A stretch of 64,000 nucleotides of DNA from Candidatus Woesearchaeota archaeon (GCA_021734105.1 JAIPJP010000002.1:582-64581); one strand, 5' to 3'. Numbered from the stretch's first letter, positions 17,733 to 27,868 are shown. Program-made: numbers and translations. The notes: generated from the sequence alone by a model not told the origin.

Positions 17733-18788
17733 ATGGTTGAACGATATGATGCATTAACAGACGAACAAATAAAAAAAGCGCATGACGCGAATTACGTAGT
17801 GCCAACCATGACACTTGATGACTGGACGAGCGTTGCAGGATATGATTTTGAAGGGGAGTTTGACGCTAACAAATTCTTTGAAAGTTTTTTTACCACAGGC
17901 TTTCAAGCAACAGATTTAGCGCGAGCAATAGGAACGCTTAAAGAAATGAAAGAAACGGGCGCGACCATATTTTTAGGATTTACGAGCAACATGGCTAGTT
18001 GTGGGGTGCGAGACATTATCACGTATCTTTGCAAACATAAACTGGTTGATGTGCTTGTTACCACCGTTGGTGGTGTTGAAGAAGATATTATGAAAACCAT
18101 GAAGCCCTTTGTTTTGGGAAACTATGATGCGCCAGGAAAATTCTTACGAGATAATGGTATTAATAGAACGGGAAATATCTTTATTCCAAATGACCGCTAC
18201 TTGTATTTTGAACGATTTATGCAACCATTCTTTAAACGTATAAATGAAGAATATAACCACGTTATTTCTACAAAAGATTTTTGCAAAGAAATAGGTAAAG
18301 AGGTAGATGACGAATCATCAATATATTATTGGTGTTATAAAAATGACATACCTGTTTTTTGTCCAGCACCAACAGATGGTTCAATTGGCGATCTTATGTT
18401 TTTCTTTAAACAAAAACATCCCGAATTTAAGATTGATTTAGCAGACGATATTGTAGACATAACTAAGATTGCAATGAACGCTGAAAAAACAGGCATAATT
18501 GCAATAGGCGGGTCAGTTCCTAAACATCATATTGCAAATGTTAATCTTTTTCGAGATGGAGCAGACTACGCCATTTATCTGACAACTGCCCATGAATTTG
18601 AAGGAAGCAACGCAGGAGCAAACCTTGAAGAAGCAATTAGCTGGGGAAAAGTAAAAGATAATGCCAAACGCGTAAAAGTTGTGGGTGATGCAAGTATTAC
18701 TTTCCCGCTCTTAGTTGCAGGAGCCTTTAAACTGAATATGACTTCTCCTAATTCGAAGAACTTTGATTCTCAGTCACCACAACATTAA
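17733..18788 (+). CDS. dys: Deoxyhypusine synthase
   Basis: DHS family features: GFTSNMASCGVRDIITYL, NAD-binding GGVEEDIMK, AIGGSVPKHHIANVNL. Confidence 0.85.
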   Translation: MVERYDALTDEQIKKAHDANYVVPTMTLDDWTSVAGYDFEGEFDANKFFESFFTTGFQATDLARAIGTLKEMKETGATIFLGFTSNMASCGVRDIITYLCKHKLVDVLVTTVGGVEEDIMKTMKPFVLGNYDAPGKFLRDNGINRTGNIFIPNDRYLYFERFMQPFFKRINEEYNHVISTKDFCKEIGKEVDDESSIYYWCYKNDIPVFCPAPTDGSIGDLMFFFKQKHPEFKIDLADDIVDITKIAMNAEKTGIIAIGGSVPKHHIANVNLFRDGADYAIYLTTAHEFEGSNAGANLEEAISWGKVKDNAKRVKVVGDASITFPLLVAGAFKLNMTSPNSKNFDSQSPQH

Positions 18789-18837
18789 TAAAGTAAAACT
18801 ATCAAAAAGCTCTTATTATCCTTATGAGGTAGGTAAA

Positions 18838-19083
18838 ATGTGTTTCCTAAAAAAACTATTTAATTGTAAAAAACGGTCTATAAAGACTAAATCTGTTGTG
18901 AAAACAACGAGTGTAACTAAAGCCAAGACTCCTAAAAAGAAGTCTGTTAAAAAAGCTCCTGTTAAGAAGGCTTCTATTAAGAAAGCACCTATAAAAAAAG
19001 TAAGCAAAAAAGCAGTAGTAAAAAAAGCAACTCCTAAGAAAAAGGTTTCTGTTAAAAAGAAGACTGTTAAGAAGAAAAACTAA
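18838..19083 (+). CDS. Small Lys-rich basic protein with KKAx(V/I)KK repeats (histone-H1-tail-like, putative nucleic-acid-binding). Track ORF begins at 18763 (TTG) inside dys, but the Met at ~18838 with GAGGTAGG Shine-Dalgarno is more plausible.
   Basis: KAKTPKKKSVKKAPVKKASIKKAPIKKVSKKAVVKKATPKKKVSVKKKTVKKKN. Confidence 0.45.
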   Translation: MCFLKKLFNCKKRSIKTKSVVKTTSVTKAKTPKKKSVKKAPVKKASIKKAPIKKVSKKAVVKKATPKKKVSVKKKTVKKKN

Positions 19084-19255
19084 TTTTTTTTAAACTTTCT
19101 TTTTATACTGGCTAGTTAAAGAATTTTTTCTTTGGGGTTTATTCTTTTTTTTTAAGTTATATATTTTTTTTATCATAACTATTTGTTAATTACTATCTTG
19201 AGTAGAATGTTTCTTTTATAGTTGAGTGAATGTATCCTATTTGAAACTATTTCTG
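19084..19255. terminator. T-rich convergent intergenic region (oligo-T tracts on both strands) between the Lys-rich protein gene and the ABC transporter gene
   Basis: Multiple T8–T9 runs. Confidence 0.35.
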
Positions 19256-21043
19256 TTATTTTGTTGTTTTTTCATATTTTTTTAGTAAGCGTCTAAACGC
19301 GGCTGAATTTTTCTTTAACTCATTATAACTGCCACTAGCAATAATCTTGCCTTGTCTAAAAAAATAAATAGTATCAAACAACGGCAATAAGTGTAGTCGA
19401 TGAATGGATGAAATAATTGTTTTTTGCTTAAACGACTTGAAAATATTTTTATAAATTTCTAACTCATTTTTAGCATCAACGCTACTTGTTGGCTCATCAA
19501 GCAGGATGATTTCTTTTCCTTCACTGGCAAACAAACCTCGGGCTAAAGCAAGCCGCTGCTTCTCACCACCGCTTAAATTGACTCCTTTTTCAACAATTGA
19601 AGAATTCCACTTATGTGGTAAGCGATTAACCACATCAGTAAACTTTGCAATATTGGTGTATTTCTTAATGTGCCCAAGACTTGCATACATGCCTACACTA
19701 ATATTATCTTTAATTGTTGTTGTGAAAATTTCAGGATCCTGCGGAATGAGTGAAATATTGGTACTTAATTTACTAAAACCCTTGGAAATATATTTATCAT
19801 CAACAAACACTTTTACCTTTCTAGGTTTGTAAAGTTCTCTAATAATCTTAAGCATCGTGGTTTTACCACTCCCACTTTCACCGATAAACGCAATTCTTTC
19901 TTTTCGTTTAATAGTTAAATTAATATTGTTCAAGTGCAAATGATGTCCCTTTATATCTTCATATTGAAAGTCTAACTTGTCTATACGAATAGTCTTCCAG
20001 TTATCTAGTTTTACTGGTTTAACTGTTTCTTTTTTAGTAAACAAATCAGAGATTTCTTCAGCATTAGCAACGTCAGCCCGCCATTTAACAATATCTCCAT
20101 ACCGATAAGCAAAATGATAAAAGAGGCTACCAATTTTTCCTGTATAGGCAAAGAGTGCAGAAACTGTACCAACCATGACAACGGTTCCAGATTTCATATT
20201 CTGATAAAAATATACGCCAATTACTAAAAAACTCATGATGACTACGCACATGGAGACAAAAAACCATTTGAGTTCAATAAGCTTATTAGTTTTTACATCA
20301 TAATGATATGGCTCAATCATCTTGCGAAAAATAGCGCCTGAAACAAGGCGTTGAATACGCAAAATAATAACTGTTGTGATGTTACTTAAGGTATCAAAGA
20401 TTTTAGCAGCAATACCATTATACATTTTATTCAATTTCTTAATTCGTTTGATAAGAAACTTATCCATTTTAACAACAATGAATAAGGTGATGATTATCAT
20501 ACCAAGAACAATGTAACTAGAGCTTACGTTAAAATAAACAAGCGCGATATATGAGGTTAAAAATTTAACAATGAATTGGACCACTTCAAACGTTCTTGTA
20601 CCGAATGCACGCAAACCCTCACTTGCTTTTTCAATTTTGTCAATGGTATCGCCAGAATGATGATCTGCATGCCACTTTGCAGGCAAATCCATAGTGCCAT
20701 CAAGCAAATGTTTTCGGTAATTAATTTTAGCAATAAAACCATTGGCCATTTCCATGACTCGAGCAGGACCATGAAACACCCAAAATAACATCTCTATTCC
20801 AATAAATGATGCAAGCCACCATAATAACGTTTTAAAATTTTCTTCTATAATGCCTTGCACTTGAATAATATTAAGCACTTTTGCAATGATGAGGGGTTCT
20901 AGAAACATTAAACTCTGTGCTAGTATGAATAAAACTAAGTATATGACAAGATTTCTTCTATTGCCTTCAGAGAACTCCCAGAGTTTTTTAAACATAAAAA
21001 CAATAGGGCCTTGTTTAGACTTATCTTTAACCATTACATCCAC
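19256..21043 (-). CDS. ABC transporter, fused permease/ATP-binding protein (MsbA/exporter type)
   Basis: Six N-terminal TM helices. NBD with Walker A GESGSGKTT, signature LSGGEKQRLALAR, Walker B ILLDEPTS. Confidence 0.9.
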   Translation of the reverse strand: MDVMVKDKSKQGPIVFMFKKLWEFSEGNRRNLVIYLVLFILAQSLMFLEPLIIAKVLNIIQVQGIIEENFKTLLWWLASFIGIEMLFWVFHGPARVMEMANGFIAKINYRKHLLDGTMDLPAKWHADHHSGDTIDKIEKASEGLRAFGTRTFEVVQFIVKFLTSYIALVYFNVSSSYIVLGMIIITLFIVVKMDKFLIKRIKKLNKMYNGIAAKIFDTLSNITTVIILRIQRLVSGAIFRKMIEPYHYDVKTNKLIELKWFFVSMCVVIMSFLVIGVYFYQNMKSGTVVMVGTVSALFAYTGKIGSLFYHFAYRYGDIVKWRADVANAEEISDLFTKKETVKPVKLDNWKTIRIDKLDFQYEDIKGHHLHLNNINLTIKRKERIAFIGESGSGKTTMLKIIRELYKPRKVKVFVDDKYISKGFSKLSTNISLIPQDPEIFTTTIKDNISVGMYASLGHIKKYTNIAKFTDVVNRLPHKWNSSIVEKGVNLSGGEKQRLALARGLFASEGKEIILLDEPTSSVDAKNELEIYKNIFKSFKQKTIISSIHRLHLLPLFDTIYFFRQGKIIASGSYNELKKNSAAFRRLLKKYEKTTK

Positions 21044-21143
21044 ACAACCATTAGATGATGCAAATCCTTTAAAAAGATTTGGTAGCTACTGGGCAACACT
21101 GCCGCGCAATATTTATAACTGAAAAGAATTATCTCTTAACAAT

Positions 21144-22442
21144 ATGGATATATCAAGCATACCCCTACTGTCCAAAGTTTCTCTTCAAACATCCCAACAT
21201 ACTTACGAGGGCCTCTTTATGCCTTTGGATGGCGATTATGTAGTTATTAAACTTACTTCAGGCTATAATGTTGGTATTCACCCAAAACACATACAACAGG
21301 TGAAGATTTTAGAAGAGTCACGAGTGCCTCGTCAAGAAACATCATTATCCATACAACAAGACACCTCGTTGCCTGTTGTCAAAATATTGCATACTGGAGG
21401 AACTATCGCCTCAAAAGTAGATTATACGACAGGTGGAGTGAATGCAGCGTTTGACCCTGCAGAATTACTACAACTATTCCCAGAACTAAAAAATATTGCT
21501 CGCATTGAAAGTGAATTCTTAGGAAACATGTGGAGTGATGACTTTCGATTTGCGCATTTTAACCAAATAGCAACAAAAATATTTCAAGGAGCACAACAAG
21601 GCATCACAAAATTTATTGTAGGAAGTGGTACAGACTTCTTGCATTATCTTTCGGCAGCACTCTCTTTTATTCTCAAAGACGTTTCTGTGAGCGTTCTTGT
21701 CGTAGGAAGTCAACGAAGTAGTGATCGAGGAAGCAGCGATGCTGCAATGAATCTTATTTGCGCGACACAATTTCTAGTTAACACTCCCTGTAGCGGTGTA
21801 AGCGTTTGTATGCACGGTTCGCAAAGCGACGATGCGTGTCACATTATTTCAGGAACGCACGCAAGAAAAATGCATAGCTCAAGACGAGACGCGTTTCAAC
21901 CAATTAATGATGAAATCATTGCAACTATTCATTATCAAGACGGGTCAATTATTCTTAATAAAGAACTTAGTCAAACACAAACAAAACAATTACCAACAGC
22001 GCTTCCACTTTTTAACGAGCAACTCAAAGTAGGATTGCTTTATTCAAAGCCACAACTTTTTGAAGAAGAACTTGCAGTTTATGAAACGTTTGATGGACTA
22101 GTGTTAGCGGGCTCGGGTCTTGGACAATTTCCTGTGAGTGTTCCAAATGATAACTGCGCAGAACACGAACAAATTTTCAAAACACTTGTAATCTTAGCAA
22201 AAAAAATACCAGTTGTGATGAGTGTGCAAACTATTTATGGGCGAGTGCATATGAACGTGTATAGTCCTGCACGACGACTTCAAGACATAGGTATACTTGG
22301 CCACGGCTCAACAATGATGCCGGAAGTAGCCTACATTAAACTTGCATGGCTCTTAAGTAATTACTCGCCAGAAGAAACTAGAAAACTCTTTATGCAAGAT
22401 ATTGTTGGTGAATTGAATAATTATGAATCAAATAGAATATAA
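21144..22442 (+). CDS. gatD: Glutamyl-tRNA(Gln) amidotransferase subunit D (asparaginase-like)
   Basis: Asparaginase active-site block VKILHTGGTIASKVDYTTGG. Directly upstream of gatE, the standard archaeal arrangement. Confidence 0.85.
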   Translation: MDISSIPLLSKVSLQTSQHTYEGLFMPLDGDYVVIKLTSGYNVGIHPKHIQQVKILEESRVPRQETSLSIQQDTSLPVVKILHTGGTIASKVDYTTGGVNAAFDPAELLQLFPELKNIARIESEFLGNMWSDDFRFAHFNQIATKIFQGAQQGITKFIVGSGTDFLHYLSAALSFILKDVSVSVLVVGSQRSSDRGSSDAAMNLICATQFLVNTPCSGVSVCMHGSQSDDACHIISGTHARKMHSSRRDAFQPINDEIIATIHYQDGSIILNKELSQTQTKQLPTALPLFNEQLKVGLLYSKPQLFEEELAVYETFDGLVLAGSGLGQFPVSVPNDNCAEHEQIFKTLVILAKKIPVVMSVQTIYGRVHMNVYSPARRLQDIGILGHGSTMMPEVAYIKLAWLLSNYSPEETRKLFMQDIVGELNNYESNRI

Positions 22443-22463
22443 TCTTTATACTTGTAACGAACT

Positions 22464-24302
22464 ATGAAACTTAAAACTGACATTACGGAAAGCGACCATA
22501 AAGAACTCGGTCTAAAGTGTGGACTAGAAATACATCAACAGCTAGAAGGCAAAAAGTTATTCTGTAATTGCCCCACAGTTATTCGAGATGATACGCCTGA
22601 CTTTGAAATAATCCGCAATCTTCGAGCAAGCGCAGGAGAAAGCGGCGATGTTGATGCAGCAGCACTAGCCGAAACAAAGAAGGAAAAGTATTTTTTGTAT
22701 GAGGGTTATGATGATACCACTTGTCTTGTGGAGCAGGATGAAGAACCGCCAGGGGAAGTAAATTCAGCCGCTCTGCGTTCTGCTATTCAGGTTGCAAAGC
22801 TACTTAATATGAACATTGTTGATCAACTCCGCTTCATGAGAAAAACAGTTGTAAATGGTTCAAACACATCGGGCTTTCAACGAACAGGTCTTGTCGCAAC
22901 ACAAGGTATGCTAAGAACAGGGAAAGGAAAATTTTGTGGTGTAGAATCACTTGGCCTTGAAGAAGACTCCTGTAAAGACATAGAAAAAACAACTGATTAC
23001 ACCAAATATAATTTATCTCGATTAGGCATTCCTCTCTTAGAACTTGCAACAGCACCAGACATTAGCACGCCAGACGAAGCAAAAGACGTTGCAGAATATA
23101 TTGGTATGATTATGCGAAGCCTGCCGAACGTGAAGCGAGGACTAGGAACTATTAGACAAGACGTGAATATCTCCATAGCTAAAGGTGTTCGCGTAGAAAT
23201 TAAAGGAGCGCAAGACCTTAAGATGATTCCAACAATTCTGCGTAATGAAATGCTCAGGCAACATAATCTTTTAGACATATTTGAAGAACTTAATAAGCGA
23301 GGAGCAACAGTTGGTAAAGACATTATTGATGTAACTTCTCTTTTTACTTCAAGCACATCAAAAGTAATTACTACGGCCCTTGCAAAAGATACTGGCGTGG
23401 TGCTTGCGCTACCTCTTTATAGTTTTGGAGGACTAACCAAACTAGAAACGCAGCCAGGACGACGTTATGGAAGCGAGCTTTCTGACTATGCAAAAGTGAT
23501 GGGCGTTGCAGGATTATTTCATGCAGATGAATTACCAAACTATGGCATAACTCAAGCAGAAAAAGATAATGTATTTGCAGAGCTGAAACTTGATGCAACC
23601 AAAGATAATTTTTTACTCATTGCTGATACTACAGATGTTGCACAGCGAGCACTTAGTAATGCCCAAGACAGAGCAGCAGACTTTACACTACGTAAAGAAG
23701 TAAGAACAGCAAAACCAGATGGCACAAGCGTCTTTATGCGCCCCATGCCAGGTGCCTCGCGTATGTACCCAGAAACAGATGTGAAACCAATTGTTATAGA
23801 TGCAGATGCAGTTAAGATTCCCGAACTACTCAGTGAGAAGATTGGAAAGCTTGTTAAACAATTTGGCATCGCAGAAGATATTGCAAAACGATTACTTAAA
23901 GACGGCATTGATCTACCTGCATTAACAAAGAAATATCCGAACCTAAAAGCAGCCTTTATTATTGATACCTATTATTCATTACCTTCCATGATTAAGAAAA
24001 AACAAGGTGTGGATGTAGATATTATTTCTCATGCAGATACACTTTTTGCAAAACTTAATGATAATAAAATAACTAAAGATTCTTTTGAAGAATTACTTGC
24101 TCTTTTATCGCAAGGAAAAGAAGTTGATTGGTCTACATATGAATTGGTTGATATTGCAGATATTACCGATGATGTGAAAGCAATCATTGTAGAGATGAAA
24201 GGAGCGCCAATGGGCGCAATCATCGGCAAAGTCATGAATAAGTATAAAGGACGTGTAGATGGTAAAGAACTTGCAAAACTTGTTGCGCAACTTCATAAAT
24301 AA
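22464..24302 (+). CDS. gatE: Glutamyl-tRNA(Gln) amidotransferase subunit E
   Basis: GatB/E-like catalytic region (GLEIHQQL, CNCPT Cys pair), archaeal-specific insertion and C-terminal YqeY-like tail. 612 aa. Confidence 0.9.
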   Translation: MKLKTDITESDHKELGLKCGLEIHQQLEGKKLFCNCPTVIRDDTPDFEIIRNLRASAGESGDVDAAALAETKKEKYFLYEGYDDTTCLVEQDEEPPGEVNSAALRSAIQVAKLLNMNIVDQLRFMRKTVVNGSNTSGFQRTGLVATQGMLRTGKGKFCGVESLGLEEDSCKDIEKTTDYTKYNLSRLGIPLLELATAPDISTPDEAKDVAEYIGMIMRSLPNVKRGLGTIRQDVNISIAKGVRVEIKGAQDLKMIPTILRNEMLRQHNLLDIFEELNKRGATVGKDIIDVTSLFTSSTSKVITTALAKDTGVVLALPLYSFGGLTKLETQPGRRYGSELSDYAKVMGVAGLFHADELPNYGITQAEKDNVFAELKLDATKDNFLLIADTTDVAQRALSNAQDRAADFTLRKEVRTAKPDGTSVFMRPMPGASRMYPETDVKPIVIDADAVKIPELLSEKIGKLVKQFGIAEDIAKRLLKDGIDLPALTKKYPNLKAAFIIDTYYSLPSMIKKKQGVDVDIISHADTLFAKLNDNKITKDSFEELLALLSQGKEVDWSTYELVDIADITDDVKAIIVEMKGAPMGAIIGKVMNKYKGRVDGKELAKLVAQLHK

Positions 24303-24307
24303 TTTTT

Positions 24308-25351
24308 TTAAATTCTCTCTTTTGGTTTTTTAATACCGCCTTGCTCTAAACTGTTCATATATGCTTTTCTAATGTTAAAGCCATAGATACTCAGGATACC
24401 TACACCTATTAACGTCCATAAGAAATCTCGAGCCCTAATAACAATAGAAAGCGCAACACCTGCTGCAACATTAAGCCGAAGCATTGCAAAGACAGAAATT
24501 TGAGCAGCTTCTAAAACACCTAACGCTAAAGGTATGGGGATTAAATAAGCAAAACCAAGAACGGTAATAATAAGAAATAATCCTGCAAAGCTAATTTCGC
24601 CGATGCCAAAAATCATGAGTACGCTTTTGTATTCAATAAACATTAAAAGCCAAGCAGCTGTGGTAATAAACATGATTTTGTTAAACACTACTTTATGATC
24701 TTTTCGAAATGCAATCATCCACCCATCCATTTCAATAATATTCTCTTCCCACTTTTGTAATTTTTTTATTCTATTGAGTCGAAGAAAACGAAACAATCCC
24801 AAAATAAGATTTTTATCACTAATAATTAAAAAATAAAACCAAGTTAATAATACAATCATGATAACTACTAAAATAACCATGCCAATAACTAAGTTTTCAG
24901 GAAGGGCTAGTGTTAATAATGCAATAATAATGCCGAATACAAATAATACTCCAGTTATTGCAAGTTCAGCAATTTTATCAATAGCAACTGTTGAGAAACC
25001 TCTGCGAAACGTAGCTCCTTGTCGTTGCAGAAGCATTGCCCGAAGAGGCTCGCCGCCAACTTTAGCAACAGGAGTAATAAAACTAATACCAAAACCAACA
25101 ATACGATACAGAAATGTTTTCCAAAACGAAATCTTGATTTGTGCAGTCTTAATAATTAAATGCCAACGCCAAGTGTGGAGCAACATAATACTTATGCTCG
25201 CAAGAATAAATCCCCACATAGCAAGACTGTTTCCATGTTGAAATGAATTAATAACATTAAGTAAAGGAATTTCTTGAAAAACCTTTGCAACAATAGCAAT
25301 ACCAATAAGAACTGAAATAACTACCGTGGCAACAGTCCAATGCTTTTTCAT
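24308..25351 (-). CDS. Integral membrane protein of the flippase-like / lysyl-phosphatidylglycerol-synthase-TM-like (UPF0104) type
   Basis: About 8 predicted TM helices across the whole 347 aa. No soluble domain. Confidence 0.5.
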   Translation of the reverse strand: MKKHWTVATVVISVLIGIAIVAKVFQEIPLLNVINSFQHGNSLAMWGFILASISIMLLHTWRWHLIIKTAQIKISFWKTFLYRIVGFGISFITPVAKVGGEPLRAMLLQRQGATFRRGFSTVAIDKIAELAITGVLFVFGIIIALLTLALPENLVIGMVILVVIMIVLLTWFYFLIISDKNLILGLFRFLRLNRIKKLQKWEENIIEMDGWMIAFRKDHKVVFNKIMFITTAAWLLMFIEYKSVLMIFGIGEISFAGLFLIITVLGFAYLIPIPLALGVLEAAQISVFAMLRLNVAAGVALSIVIRARDFLWTLIGVGILSIYGFNIRKAYMNSLEQGGIKKPKERI

Positions 25352-25393
25352 GCTATTTTCCTGAATTCGTTTATTTAAATAGTGCTAGGATAA

Positions 25394-25520
25394 CGGACCT
25401 GGGAGGATTCGAACCCCCGACCTATTCCTTAGGAGGGAATCGCTCTATTTGCCCCGAAAACAGAATTCTGCCTTTCAGTGTTCTGCATTCCGTCACTCGC
25501 CCAGGGTGAGCTACAGCTCC
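25394..25520 (-). tRNA. tRNA-Arg (anticodon CCU) interrupted by a ~50-nt intron at a non-canonical position in the D-arm region (around positions 21–26)
   Basis: Read on the minus strand: 5' GGAGCUG-UA-GCUC-ACCCUGGG...[intron]...GAGC-G-AUUCC-CUCCUAA-GGAAU-AGGUC-GGGGG-UUCGAAU-CCUCC-CAGGUCC-G. Canonical T-arm (GGTTCGAATCC), variable loop AGGUC, anticodon stem AUUCC/GGAAU, loop CUCCUAA with U33 and A37. One G·G mismatch in the acceptor stem as read. A TATA-like TTTAATAG sits about 28 nt upstream on the minus strand. Confidence 0.75.
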
Positions 25521-25585
25521 ATGATTTTAAGGGACGTTGTTTAGCTATTAAAGTTACTTATTTTCTTTCTGCTTTTAATCGTTAG

Positions 25586-25598
25586 TTTTATAAATGAG
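25586..25598 (+). promoter_or_regulatory. TTTATAAATGA promoter motif about 30–50 nt upstream of the 25616/25637 surface-protein start. Divergent from the tRNA promoter.
   Basis: Exact 11-mer recurrence. Confidence 0.45.
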
Positions 25599-25615
25599 TT
25601 CACCTAAAATTAGGT

Positions 25616-27472
25616 TTGATTAGGGTGGGTAACACGATGAATGTACATATAATGAGGCGAAGCATAGCTTTTTTTATTGCAACTCTTGTGCTGCTTTTTG
25701 CAGTTCAAGGAGCTCTAGCTGCAGAAGACCGCTCATTTACCGTTGTTAACTCTAAAGATTGGCAAGATTTATTTTTAGGAACAATATATGCTTCAGCAAC
25801 AAATTCAGATATTATCTTTTTTACCAACCTTGCAGATACACAACTCAAGACAAAAATGATGACGCTTGATGATTCCATTATGGTTTTTGAATCAAAAAAT
25901 AATCCTGTCGTCAAAAATTATCCTTCTCTGCTTAAAGTTAATGGCTATAATGACTATGACTCCATTTTTTATGATTCATTTCACGATTTGCAAGAAATTA
26001 TGGTTGATGATTTAGGAAACGAAATAGAGGGCTATTTTGTTTTTGAAGCATCCTTTGGAATGAACCCTGTTGCAGCAACACCTTACATTGTTAAAAAAAA
26101 TTATTTTCCTCTTTTTTTAGATGAACAAAGTAAGCGTTTTATTAAATCAACAACGAATAATGAAGAAACATTTATTGTCGGGCGTGTACCTATACGTTTT
26201 GCACAAGATTTGCAAGGAACACGCATAGATGGTTTTTCTTATGAATCATTAGAAACAGTGACTAATTTAGTTATAGATGAATTTCCTGATTCTGAATGGG
26301 GATTGCTTACACGTATAGATCTTGTTGACTTAGAATCCATTAAAAAACCTCTTCCAGTTCTTGTTTATTATGGGGATGAATATATAGATACATTAGCTAA
26401 TTTAGTTAAGCAAACAGATATTTCAAATTTTGAAGTAATCGGCGGTCCAACAGTTGATATCGCGCGAACATTAGAAATTCGTTCACAACGAAACCTCAAC
26501 TTTATGTTAAAATATGGTCGACGGGTGACAAACTATCCAGGTTATACAAACGAAGTACTTGATTTAGATTCTGTACGATTCGCTTACCCTGTAGAATTAT
26601 TAGATATTGTTAATGCGACCTACTATGAAGCAATGGGCATTTTAGCAATTACCTATGAAAATCAAGGAAATGTAGATTTACTTCACTTTTCAAACTTAGA
26701 ATTTGCAGGTTCAGCACTTTCCGATGTCATGACGCATTTTATTCTAGAGCAAGAACAAAAAACAATTCCTTTTCAAATACTTCCCGAAACAGAAAAGTTT
26801 GATTTAACAGTAACTACTCGATATGGAGAATCCATTCCTTTAAAATTTGAAATTGGATCAGATAAAGATACGCTTTTTTATCAAGAAGAGGTAGCTGTTA
26901 TTTCAGATTATCAAGAAACAGCAGAGATAGAGTATGTTTCCTCAATTTTTGATACGACTACAGGAGAACTAGAACTTGTTTATAACAATCCAACAGCAAA
27001 GCCAGTGCATATTTATGCTGAACTTATTGTTTCTAATGCCGATGTAGTATCATCCCCTGTCATTACCATTCAACCTGGCGAAAAAGAAGACTTGGTTGTT
27101 GCAACACCATTTATTTCAGATGAATTCATTGTTGGGCAAACTATAGATGTTATTACTTATTATGGTCACCGAGATACGCTTTTAAGTCAAACAAATAGTT
27201 TTGTAGTGAAAGCAAAAGGACCTTTTAGTGCGCTTACTGGTTGGGTAACGCTTGATTATGATAATAAACCTGTTGGCGCGAGCGTGACTACATTACTTAT
27301 CTTAGCAATCATTGCAGGCATTATATTCTTTATTTTGAAACGAAGAAAACAAGATACTGCTCCTAAAAAACCAACAAAATCGCTAAAATCATCAACAAAA
27401 CGTTCTTTACCTAAAAAAAAGTCTGCGAATAAGTCATCAAAGAAATCAACAAGAAAGTCTTCGCGCAAATAA
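25616..27472 (+). CDS. Membrane-anchored surface protein P1: signal peptide, large ectodomain, C-terminal TM helix, Lys/Ser-rich basic tail
   Basis: Signal peptide RRSIAFFIATLVLLFAVQGALAAED. C-terminal TM LLILAIIAGIIFFIL followed by KRRKQDTAPKKPTKSLKSSTKRS... N-terminal block AEDRSFTVVNSKDWQDL resembles that of the 52348 protein. Confidence 0.6.
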   Translation: MIRVGNTMNVHIMRRSIAFFIATLVLLFAVQGALAAEDRSFTVVNSKDWQDLFLGTIYASATNSDIIFFTNLADTQLKTKMMTLDDSIMVFESKNNPVVKNYPSLLKVNGYNDYDSIFYDSFHDLQEIMVDDLGNEIEGYFVFEASFGMNPVAATPYIVKKNYFPLFLDEQSKRFIKSTTNNEETFIVGRVPIRFAQDLQGTRIDGFSYESLETVTNLVIDEFPDSEWGLLTRIDLVDLESIKKPLPVLVYYGDEYIDTLANLVKQTDISNFEVIGGPTVDIARTLEIRSQRNLNFMLKYGRRVTNYPGYTNEVLDLDSVRFAYPVELLDIVNATYYEAMGILAITYENQGNVDLLHFSNLEFAGSALSDVMTHFILEQEQKTIPFQILPETEKFDLTVTTRYGESIPLKFEIGSDKDTLFYQEEVAVISDYQETAEIEYVSSIFDTTTGELELVYNNPTAKPVHIYAELIVSNADVVSSPVITIQPGEKEDLVVATPFISDEFIVGQTIDVITYYGHRDTLLSQTNSFVVKAKGPFSALTGWVTLDYDNKPVGASVTTLLILAIIAGIIFFILKRRKQDTAPKKPTKSLKSSTKRSLPKKKSANKSSKKSTRKSSRK

Positions 27473-27666
27473 TTTTTTTTCTTTTTCTTACTGTTTAACT
27501 AATTTATTTCTTTGTAACATATTTAACCATTATTTAATTAGGTTCTGTTGCTAGCGTGCTAACTTGAACAGTGTAATGGATTTTTGATGATTTTATTTAT
27601 GTATGTTTCTTTTTTTGTCCGTATTCATTGATGACAACAAAGAATTTCTCTGTGTTCTTAAGCGTT

Positions 27667-27681
27667 AAATTTATAAATGAA
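27667..27681 (+). promoter_or_regulatory. TTTATAAATGA promoter motif about 190 nt upstream of the giant ORF. A second TATA-like TTTATAAT sits at ~27851, only ~10 nt before the ATG.
   Basis: Exact 11-mer recurrence. Implies either a long 5' leader or a misplaced start. Confidence 0.35.
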
Positions 27682-27868
27682 GACCATCACAGTAATAGTA
27701 ATTAACTTTTGTGGGAAGTAGTTATTGGAAGGGTGTGGATGTAATTTTCTTCTAAGACTTTACCACGACAAAATATAGCGAGAGCTATGTGCAAAATTCC
27801 TGTTTAGAGGTGGGTGTACAATTAATAGCGTCACACGCAAGTATAGTGTATTTATAATAGTCTTTTTC

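Noticed and set aside
27851-27860. TATA-like TTTATAAT 10 nt upstream of the giant-gene ATG as its promoter
   Set aside because: The spacing would put the TSS downstream of the start codon, and there is no downstream in-frame Met for ~70 codons. The TTTATAAATGA element at ~27669 with a long leader is the more plausible promoter.
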